NCBI GenBank assembly: GCA_051294905.1
Contig: CM119378.1
Location: 6,758,001 to 6,822,000, forward strand
Direction of reading: 5' to 3'
Length of the DNA stretch: 64,000 nucleotides
Source of the DNA: Botryllus schlosseri
Taxonomy: Eukaryota
Positions within the stretch are counted from its first letter, which is position 1, and every line of letters starts with the position of its first letter. The translations under genes were made by a program, and so were the position numbers. Below the pieces are notes generated by a model that saw only the letters and a list, made by a program, of their open reading frames with translations, was not told where the DNA came from and searched no databases. Positions 44,803-56,800 of this stretch are shown here, in pieces.

Positions 44803-47800
44803 ATGGACATAGAGCCGTCAGTCCCTAACATGACTTTCAGGCCAGCCGTGCGCCGCCATAACTCGGAAGGAATCGACAGCCCTTCGTTTCGTAATGGTCA
44901 AAATAATTTGGGTCCTGAATTTGAGGGCCGAAATAATAGACCGTCGCCTCCCGAATATTCTGAAACGAACGGAGAAGGCGATGGTGGTAAGTGTATATTA
45001 CTGTATGAAGTAAGGATATCATGTCTTCTAACCACATTCAAAGCGTACAAGGTCAAAGTCTTGTAGACACTCACACTGTAATATATTGTGTGATTCAACA
45101 CACACATAGACTGAAACCTGTGCCTTTCAAACAAATTTATATATTTACGGAGTTATGCAGTAATTTGAAATATTATAATAAATCTTCGAAATGCTTACTG
45201 CTGATTCCCCAACCGTGGGTGACTGTATGCGAGTCGGGGCTAAATATGTATGCATCTGAGGAGCAATGGTGTACTTTTTAGCTCCAGGTTTAATCTTAGG
45301 CATTAAGTGTCACCATCAATGATTCGGTGATTATCTTCTCGATCACCCTTGAACAGCTTTAATCAACCACAAAATTGAACAAAGCCAATTGCAGCTGTGA
45401 TCTGAAAATGGATATATATCACTGATGAGTTGCTGCTACCATTGTCTGTTGCCAGTTTCTACACATATGCTTGGGTAGTAGCTAGATTGTTATAAGCTTG
45501 TTGCTAGCCATCTACTGAAAAACACGATCCTTCACTTGTGTGACTATGCAGGCTCCCCGATATATGGACTCTTAGCCCATCATTCTCACTCCACCTTTAT
45601 GACGATCCGGGGCCTACGATACTTATGATCGTAGGCCCCAGACAATCATTGCGGTTGCTAGGATAATGTAGTTATTAAAATACTCAAGAATTATTGTTTC
45701 TGCTAACCAATGGTGTCGTACAGCTTCAAGAGGACTGATGCGTATCAGAGAGCGTAGCTTTTCTGAGAGAAAGACTAGTGACTCTGGATCACCCCTGGAT
45801 GAAAATCCCGAACGGGCGAATGTGATCCAATCCACGAATATCCAATACATTTCAGGTGAGGCTGTTTGACCGATGCTGAGCATAGCCAATTTTGACAGAA
45901 AGGACAAATTGTTTGCCAAATTGATTTTTTGCTTGGTAGCTCGCACAAATTGCACCTACTTCTATTCAATTAATGGTGCATCCAAAATTTGATTCCAGGA
46001 TTATATCATGGTGAATTGATTGTATTCCATCGTATTGTGAAATTTATGTGATGATGGTTCTGCACTGCACACATCAGTTCAGACCAGATCAGACCACTGA
46101 TGATATAATCATTCGTGAACTCCGCGATTTAGGTTGATTTTATGCCCAGATTTTGCAGGCTCACCCATGGTTACTTGTCGTGAGGACATGCTGTCGGTTT
46201 CGCTCAATCCATACCACCATTTGGCTGTTTTTGTGTCCTAATAATTAGAAACAATTGAATGACGAAGATAAGGCCTAAATTTGATCTAATTTGAATAAAA
46301 TTCCTTCGCAGGAGTTGTCTAGGATTTAGCATTTCTCGAAATATCAAAACCGATGGATATTGGATACTCTTTGAATAAGGCAGTGAGTGTCTTGATCCCT
46401 GCCACATTAACTGTTGAATATGGATGTCCGGACCATTTATATTCGGCCGGTTGCATAATGGATATTGTTCTGAACAATAGAAGTACAGCCAATCAACTAA
46501 TAATGTACCGATTGCGGGAAATTGTTCATTCCAGTTTCGTTATCCAACACCCTACAGTGCGGATTAGTCATCAGGCCATTTTCAGTAGCCATGCATTGAT
46601 GCAGGCTTGGCTGCATATCACAGGGCTCGAATTTAATTACCAATAGTGCAACGCACTGCAATGCTGCAATCAGAATGCGGATCTATATTAGAACCAACTG
46701 ATTTTATAGTGTATTCGACATTAAAACCATGTAATAATACAATACAAGGCCTAGTCAATTATATACTATATAGATATACTGTACGTCAATGTCTGATTAA
46801 TAGTTGGACTATTATGTATTCCTGACGGAAAAAATTCTTTTCAGTAGGCCAGAGGTCCCCATCCGGTCTTTCGCCTCCTATGAAACGAATGGCTGAAAAG
46901 AATTCTTATCACAAAGTTCAAGAGTCTATATCTAACTGGGCGATATCGTCTGCGTCCAACACCTCAGCGTTGGATAATCAGATCAAGGATTTAAGGTAAG
47001 TTACTGGCGACATCTGGTATGCTGTAGGCTGCGTCTAGTAAATGTTGTCGAACTTGATGAGACACCGCACCAAGTTTTGACGATATCAAATGCCCGGCCC
47101 AATGAATAATTTAAATTTGCGAATTTTAGAATAGCTTTTTTTTCATGGAAACTTGCGCGCGTTGTCAAGCATGACATGCGTGTCATTTTGGTGGTTAGGG
47201 CACGATATTGTGTAGCTTTGAGTCTACGCACCACACAAGGTGATACGTGACCAGCGGAACTTTAACCGATCTCCATGGTTGAACTGTTTCTACAGTTCAT
47301 TTCAGCGAGAAAACGGTGCCACCGATTTACGCAGTTGCGTAGTTCAGTAACTTGAATATAGTAATGGCCAAAAATCTATTTGCTCGCTATAGGATGTGTA
47401 CTTTGCTTTGTCTGCATTGTTGAATTTGTGCCATGAATCAATTTTACATCATGGCTTTAACTACCATAATTGATTTTTCTAAGCATTTGTAGTTACTGGG
47501 TTTTATCATTGAACACGTAGACATGAGTCACGCTCAGAATACGCCTTACATCCATGGTGATATGAGTCATGCAGATTAACAATGCGCGTCCGCTCTCTTT
47601 ATGGTGAGACGAGAGCCTCTCAAAAGTGGGTGTGAGTGGTATTAGTCAGGGGGTGGGGTGTTGTCTCGTTAATTATCAAATTATGCGCTTTCCTGTTATT
47701 TCTTTTTATACAATCTTGCAGTGCCGTTGCAAAGTTAAGGGTTGAGTCTATGGTCATCTTTTTATCAAATATAGTAGATTGTTTCTAGTGACCACGGCGA

Positions 47801-50800
47801 CATATTCTTTCTTAATCCGTGATTTCTTTCACCCTGTTTGGGAGAATTATGAGTCACGTTGCTCTTCAATGACTCGGCATTATGACTCGAGACATTATAG
47901 TTGTGTCTGGCACTGCTGATAAGACATCTGCCCTTCTGACTGTGTTTTCGCTCTCTCGGTATAGTCACCCCTTTTAGGAACAAGTGAATTCCTATTTCCA
48001 CCATCAACAACTTGAATAGCGAGAGGCATCCTCTGGGACAGGATGGATTGTATACTGTAAATCTTTATCGGATTAGCACTAGATGTAATTTGTTGGTGAG
48101 GTGTGCCGAGACAGACACTGTAACCTGAATCACATTGTTGTTAATATGAAACATGCTTATGTACGTTGAAAATGTAGGTAGGTATGTAGCATCTGTGCAT
48201 GATTTTAATATGAAAATATGATTTTTGTGCAGTTGCAACTGGGAGTGACTTCGTATTCTTTAATTTCCCAAGGCATTGGTGTGATACATACGAAATACTT
48301 GACCACAAATTATCGGAAACTTCCTGCGATTTCGATTTACTTGGCAAATTCCATGATGTGCCTTTTACAGATTACAGGATTACCTACCATACCAGCAGTA
48401 GGCTGTAGGCTAGTAGGCTCGTGAATGCAATTTCAAGATAAAGCAATACAGCTGCCATATTTTTTACACTGTTATGATGCAGTATAATTACCATTCTGGT
48501 ACGGCATCACGCATTTCCCTTAACAAGAAATTTAACAGAGTGATGTTGCGACCTTTTACTCACCATTCTGTCCCTCTGTGCTGTACACTCACATAGGCTG
48601 TGCCAATACATTGTTCCTGTTTTTATCGAAAATGCAATGGAAATTATCAAGTTATTATTTTATCTGCGTAATTTCTATTAGGTACTCCAACGGCCGAAGC
48701 AGTATGCATGAGAGCAGAGACTCCATACAGGCGAAGTATTCGTTCGGAAAGCATTCGCATCATAAATACAGTATGTCTATCGGAGAGGACCAGTACAGTG
48801 ACGGCGTCCATGTGCGTGTGCTTGGCAGTGTTGAAGGTAAGTTTGTTGAGCTGCTATTCAATCCTGTGTACTCTAATGAGCAATGTAAGGTTAGGCTATT
48901 TGGTTTATAAAAAATTAAGGTAGTGTAATGCTGGAACATATCGGCTTAGCAGGCCTGTCTGTTTTACAAGCAGAGTTTGATACCCCGAAGCTACCTACCA
49001 ACTTTTCCAAGTTAGATTAGAAATGTAATTATAGCTGAACATATTTTTTCAAATTCGGTTAGAATCAGGTTACTGAATTCGCGAAATAGAACCAAGTTCA
49101 GTTCATAGGCCATCAAATTAGAACTCCTTCTCCTAAGCATGAGAATAGCAAATGTCTGCACAGTAAGCTTGGCCCGTGTCGCACTATGCATAGCTCTCCT
49201 GTAGCATTTTCAGGAAGACCAGAAATTAGATTAGAATTTGAATTACAGCAAAGAAGCATAATTCAGAAGTTAAATAAGAATTAGATTTTCGGCGTTTCGC
49301 TCTAATTAGTCTAATTTGATTACTAGAATTAACTAGTTGCGCAAATCTGCTTACAAGCTTTGATAGACACTACATTCAAAACAGGTATTAGAATGTTGTG
49401 CCTCGCTCTTGCAAACCCATCTCTGTGGTGTTTTTATTTGCAGCCATATCTTATGCACAGGGAACATTTCAATGTGTTATTTCTAATAAACGTTTTTTTT
49501 TACTCTCGGCAGATGACGACACACGCTCGCGCTCTCCTCTCAACGGCATGCATCCCATGCAAAAAACGTCAAACCACGCTAGTACAACCAAATCAATGAA
49601 TGGTACATCGAACAGGTAAGGATATGTTCCGTTTTATTTGATCTCTTAATGCCGGGATTGCGGTGACATATGTCCACGAATCCATCCGTGACTATTTTGT
49701 CAATTTCGCAAGCGATTTAGCGTACTTACGTTTCGATCGGTAACAGATTTACTTCTTAATCACACGCGAAAAGTGATATAATCTATTGTCAAAACGGTAT
49801 AGTACTGTTCATCTTCACTTATTGTCACCAGTATAATTATGCGCGACCGGTAGCTGGAAAGTGCTAACAGGGGTCCCAGATTTTGAATTCAAAAAATATT
49901 TTCCGATCACATCTTGATGTGCACTAATCGTGCTGCAAGGAAAGGAAATCATTAAAACATTGAAATAAGATTCTTGACTCTGTAACTTTTGGCAAATATA
50001 ATGACCACCACATTTTTTGTGGATTTGTGAACGGAATACAGCAGAATTAGCTACCCAGTTGCAGGATGGTACTCGATTAAATGGTTCAAATAGAAATTTA
50101 TTGGCAAAGCTTCGTACGCCATATAATCTCATACAACGACTGGGATGGGCCTCCGGGTTAATATGTTGCCGAATGACTCAAATCCGACCGTTACTCGATT
50201 TACAAAATTGGCACGATGAGTAGGCCTATTGTTGTGAAGGCAACGGGAATGTAGCAGCAACTAGGATTTATATTCACTTTGTTTACTCCTACTTTCGGAT
50301 ATTGTGCGGTTATGTGTGAGTTCTATTCCTGGAAACTTGAGCATGGGGATTTATGCGCATGCTCGATTTGAATATACACTCACCAGTATGCTGAATTGGC
50401 ATTCCGTTCCGTTTCCTACAAGCGGGGGAGGGCAAGGTTGATTTGTTTTACCTTTCATGGCCAAGGAATCGTATCCTGTATGAACTCCCGTGCTGTGTAC
50501 AATCTTTTATTCCTCGGCATACTGCTGTGCAATGTTGTGTCTAATTTAAACCTCAATCGTGTGATTTAGCATCTCCATCGTGTAAGATTTTGATGACCTG
50601 GAATTAATCATGTTTTGATTTTCGGAGGATGTCAACTGTAAAATCACTGGTGATGAACTTTGTTATGATCATTTTTGAAAATAAAAGCCCACAGTAATGC
50701 TTTGATGCCTGCAATGGGAACTCCTTTATTTGGCGCAATCTAATATCCACCAAAACAGGTGTTTCGGTCAGCCTTTAATAGTTGGGAGGCTAGTTTCGAC

Positions 50801-53800
50801 TTTTGACTTTTAGCCAAGATTCTGGTGTGACGCTTACCACCACTTTGCCTGAAAATTCTCTCAACTCTTACAACACTGCTACTGCTATTCAGTGATGCCA
50901 GTTTGGTAAATGTGTGAACTGGAAAAGTAACTATTCCATGACTTGAAGTTGTTACAACCTTGTCAAATAGATTGAATTGCAATAAACTGGTGTTAAGCAC
51001 ACCAAAACGAAGTGCTGTGTTCTAGTGTGATAGCCCAAGCCAGTTGATTTATGACAGCAGTGTCAAAATGCCCTGTGTTGTATCTGTTAATGTCAAGTCA
51101 AGTTAAGAGTTCTAGTTCCATGCTATCAGCTGATTGCTGCGCTATGTTAAAAGCTGAGGAGTGATTCGCAGCGCAGCTTAGACACACCCTTCGATATTGG
51201 CAAGGGCAAAGTTACACTTGTGTATGTTGTGTGTGTTCGTTATCAGCACGAGGAGATAAGGGCAATAGACTTGGGTCATAACTCTTATGGTTATTGTTTA
51301 TGGGAGCGTGCCACAGTTATGTCTGGTTGTATGTTAAAATGGTATGCCATTTTTAAGTTGGGCGTGTTGCTAATATTCGACCTTGATTTGTCATGATTGT
51401 AGCAACAATGCAATCGGGATTGAGTATACCAACGCGTTGACAGGGTTACGTGCGTTGCAATACTGTTTTACTTGTAGCTGGCCAATCAAGGAAGTTGCAG
51501 TCAATTTGTTTCCCGAAACACCAACTCTTTACAGTAATCTACCGTTACGTAAATTTTATGTCATGCGTGAGGACTATAGCCTTTACACAATACTATGCTA
51601 ACCTTGTATTCCTATTCATCATCGATTATGAAAAAAATTACTTCCGAAAATTCTTTGCTATAGCATTTGGTATCTGGTGAATTCTTGGTGTTACGGGCAT
51701 TACTTTGTTTTCCCATAGCTGAAGTGCGCCCACCCGTTCTTAACAACTTAACTCACCCTATTTACCAGTGAGCAATGTGCAGTAAATGATATGTGACGAG
51801 CGCATTACCAGATGCCAGCGGTGTAAATGAAATGATGTATATGATGCAACTTTTTGACGATGTGATGCAAATTGCAAACTTAAGACTTGATGGAATTAAT
51901 GTAATGATCTCATCTCAAGGTCGGTCAATCTCAATATTGAAATCTGAGCTCGTATGCAGTCGCATGTCCTTGTCACCCACAACATCATCTGTTACTCAAT
52001 CGTACGAATTGACTCTGTGAATGATGAATCTTTAAATTGATTTTCCTCTACATATTACTTAGGAAATCTTGATAAGCAGTTTGAAGCAAATTTAGACTGA
52101 TCTTGTCAATCACGATGGTGGTAACACGGTAGGATTAGGTCTGCCGTAAATTAGGCTTACCATATTTTGGAAATGTAAAGAGGGGACACTTTTTCAGAAA
52201 TTCAGAAAAACTGGAGAAGAATTCTCAAAAACTGGTAAATTTTTCCTACTTCGTGATCGGTTGACTAAAAAAAAAAAAAGGGTCATCACTTTCGCTCACA
52301 GCTCAAAATAACGTTTTTCTCACCACATTGCCAGGTGGATAACTAAAAAAAAAAAAAAGAAGGTCTTCTTTTCGCTCAGAGCTGAAATCACCTCTTTTCC
52401 CTCCGAAATACCCGCCGGAGCGTCACTTCTCGGCTAATTTGCGGCATATCGCTCGCAATTTGATCTAAATCTTACCTAAATTTTCAAAAAAGAGGACAAA
52501 AGGGCGTCCTCCGAGGACACTTTCAAAAAAGTCAAAAAAGAGGACAAATCCTCTTAAAAGAGGACGTATGGTAAGCCTACCGTAAATACAAGAAGTTATC
52601 GAAATTCATATGTCTGTAAAGTTCAAAATGACTTGTTGTGAGTGAACCTTGTACGTTGGTGGTTGAAGCAGCTTGCAGCCCCTTTGCTGTGTATTCCCTG
52701 ACGAAAGCGTAGACGGTCTTGAATGTTTGAGATAAGTTATCGCGCACTTGAACTTGGAAAGGGAGACCCGGCGTCTTGCTTTCCGTTATCTTGTTTGGCA
52801 TTGAATTATTCATCGCGCTTTAGCCGTTGGTGACCATCGGACGGACTAGCGGTGGGATAGGTTGTTATTTATCATCGGTGAGGATTTGTTGTATTGTTTC
52901 GTGTTTATCTATACCGTGTGGTGTTCTAGAAGGAAAATAAGCTCTCGTAAACGGTGATGGGGAGATGTGCGTTCACGCCGTATTTTCTTTGTCAAGGTCA
53001 ATTCCGTCAACACCACACAAAACCTCTTCGAAGTCTTCGAGTCAAATGAACGCATTTGAAGACGATGACGACGATTCGTGGAAGATTTGTTCGGTGTGCG
53101 GCGATAAAGCAACCGGATACCATTTCAACGCGCTTACATGCGAAGGCTGTAAAGGCTTTTTCAGGTATGCGCGCGAAACATTTCCTAGATCGAACACTAA
53201 ATGTTGTAGCAATGTAGCTCGAACACATTTGTTCGATTAGAATTAGATTACCTGCATTTTGTTATAATTAGTGTAATTAAACGACTAGAATTAGCTAGCT
53301 TTCCAAATCTGCGATTAAGTTTGTCTTGAGTCTTGACCCTGTGATTCGATGGAATACAAACTTGAAGGGCTAGTACATAGTGCATCCTCCTGCCGTAAGC
53401 CACAAAGTGACGCTCTCATCATTATGCACCACATATTTCTGATTTGAAACGGCGGCAATGATTTATCCGCCCTTTGTATATCACCATATTTCTGTCACAA
53501 ATATCATTGGTAATAAGTAGGGCAAGTTTTTGTTGCAGTTAAATCCGTGGAAAGTTGCATTTATTCATTTATTTTCGAAAAAAGTTGCAGAAGTTGCATT
53601 TTGACCACATTTTGCTCGGTTGACTAAAAATGAAAAGGTCAATTTTCCGGCTCAGCTCCCGAAATACCCTAAAAGCGTTACTTCGGTGCTGATTTACGGT
53701 GTTTCAGTCGAATTTAGCTGTATATTTCACTAAAATCGAAAATACTTTCATGAAAAATCGAAAAAGTTGCATGAAAAATATGGACAAAAGTTGCACTATA

Positions 53801-56800
53801 AGATTCCTTCAAACAGCTTAAAACCGCGTTCTGCATATCTTACGAGTATTTAGGAAGCTGCCGGAAGCTGTAAAAAAAAGTTGCAAAAGTTGCAAAAACT
53901 TGCCCTAGTAATAAGTCGACATGTGCTCCACGTTTCATTATAGATAGGGAACTGTTACATTCACACGCTGGGCTTGTCAAAGTGCTTTCAGGCGATTGGT
54001 GGTTGTGAATTTACCTCTACAGTCTTAATTTCTATGGCTTTACACCTGTGCTCTTTGTTGTGTCGTGTCGTATACCTTTTACTAATTCTTCCATTCAAAA
54101 ATCCTGGCAGTGCCACAAGCGGCAAATTCAATTTAAACTGCTCTTTGATGGCGTTTGTTTATTTGTGGGATCCCGCGTTGGGGTTTCTTTGACTGCCTTG
54201 ATTTTTCTCTTGTTTCATTTTCCGTGTGCGTGTTTACAGTGTGAATACCCCTTTGGGATGTAATTGATGTGTGGCACTTTCGGTGTCAAGCTGAATAAGG
54301 TGCGAGTGTTGTGTCTGGTGTCCCCTTCAGAATGATTAAGTATTGATGATCTGCTTGCAATTGTGTTGGCGCATTGAACCTCTTAAATTAGTATACTGTT
54401 GTTGTCTCTGTAATATGTTGCTGCTAAGTGTTAATGTAGCAGCGACTTTTTCGGATGTATGATGTTTGTCGTGTTTAGGTTAGAATTTACTCATTTGCCA
54501 CGAGACTTTACAAGTCTAAATTTGTATAATAATTTACAATGACGTAAGTTCAAGTTTTGTTTATGAAAAATTGTTATTTACATTCTCAATAGATCATGCT
54601 GAAATCCTATTATTGATGTTTCAAGACCAAGTCATATGTTGATTTTATACTTTTCGATTGCTTTGAGGGAGGTTAGCCTATAGTGCGGTAAAGTTGCAGT
54701 CTATTTGCAGTAGAAGCTCCTACTTCCTGTATTATTGACTCGTTATCGATCTACGAATGCTGGGTATAGATCCAGTACAGTACATGAATAGGAATAGTTG
54801 CATTAAAATATTGGCCTATGACTGCCTTGTTGCATTGAATATATATCGTCTTGAGAATTCACACTGTTTGTATGAAAGGCATTTTTAAATCATGATGTAC
54901 TCTACACTCAGTTGCAATGCTGTACAGTGTACACTGTACATTAGGGTGGTCCTTAAAACGAGTTATGTACATGTACAACGTTGACGCATGTTATTCAACC
55001 TGTTGATGCGTGAACTATGACTGTGCGCTAACCGAAAGGAATCCTTAAGTTTGATCTTGTAATTAGTTTGTTATCCCATGAGACATAGACATCGGAAATG
55101 TTTTAGTAGTATCTGGAAAGTTGGTATCACGGCTGTGCAAGTTGTTTGCATTTTGTCTGTGCTCTGATCAAATATCCTATATAATCCAATACTCCTACAC
55201 CACACCCACTTGGTATACAGTCACACGGATACTTGAACCACGCTTGATTAATAGACGTCTGTGGAAAGATACTGCTGTGCTGAAATCCTGGTATCTGTAC
55301 TCGAGTGCCTTGTCATGATCAACCCCAAATTATGAAACATCACTGTCATAAATCGAGTCGACACCCCGATTTGTATGCTGTTAGCTGAACTATGGTGTGT
55401 TTTTCACTAATCACTGATATCACCGTGTAGTTTCTGTATCTGTTTGTGTTATTTGTGTTGTATGAAGCCGAAAAATCTGTCCCCTGCCGTAAGATGTTGC
55501 TTCAAGCATGAAATTATAATATTAGTCATCCCCCCATTTTCCCAATCAGATGGTATCAAGGGGTTAGTTTTTTTAATTGCAACTTTGTGTCTGGCGCTGC
55601 ATTCAACATCTAGAAATGACCAACCGACCCAGTATTTTCGATAATTCACAAACACTACCAACATTTGCATCGTGTCCTTGAATCCAAAACCTCAATTCAC
55701 ATATCTGCTCATAGCCTGACAATTTATCTCATTTATCCCGGTTGAATCTGGTCGCTATGCATCAATTTGAGATGCTTGCATGCATTTTTAGCAGATGGCG
55801 CTAAGCTGCGATGTTCCGTTACCATAAGGTGATTTAAGTCGCTCAATGAAAAGCTGATTGACTACATCGATTGACGTTTGTTTGTAGTCACTTGGGCGTA
55901 ACATCGACTTTCTGTCAACTTTTCTCGTTGTTTCGCAGGAGAAGTATGAAGAACGGGAAAAATTTTACTTGTCCTTACACCGGAAATTGTCAAATCACGA
56001 AAAGCAATCGGCGGCAATGTCAAGCGTGCCGACTGCAAAAGTGCCTTCGCATCGGCATGAAGAAAGAATGTAAGAGTTTACTGTAGGCTATCTTATGATT
56101 TTGACGGATTTGCCAAGCCCTGCTGTCTTTTTTAAGCTTTACATTGTTGTGGATGTTGAATTACACACATTTGAAATCGTAATACGGACTTCCCTCGTAT
56201 TCAAGTGATAAATCTGAGAGATTAAGTTACCGTATGGCCTTGACTTGATGCATATGAGAGAGGGAGGCTAATGATTTCAACTTGCATTTTAAATTGAAAC
56301 GCCCAATTCATGGTCAACCTGTCAAATTCAAACTACACTGATTTCAAAAGTACTATGTCGTTCAATTTTGACAGATTTGCCAAACCATGCCGTCTATTTT
56401 TTGAGCTTGATGCATATTTACATTGTCATGGATTCTGAAGTGCACACATTTGAAACCTGAATACAGACTTAACCAATTTTGAAGTGGTAGTATAATATAA
56501 TATAATATTAGGTTATGGCATTGACTTGATGCATATGAAAGGTCAATAATTTCAGCTGCATTTTGAACAGAAATGGCCGATCCATTTGCAGAATGGCAAA
56601 TTCAAGCTACACTGATTTCATGAACGCGCCATTGAATATCGATTGAAAAGTTACGGAAGGGCTCGGCTTCTGTATCGTTAATTTACATGGCTCGATTCTG
56701 ATTCAACATCTGCTTCCAATTACCGGAGTAAAAAGGGCTTTTGAAACTCACGGGCTTGAACGAGGCGTAGCTAGTGCGTTTGTGTGTTCAACTCGCCTCG

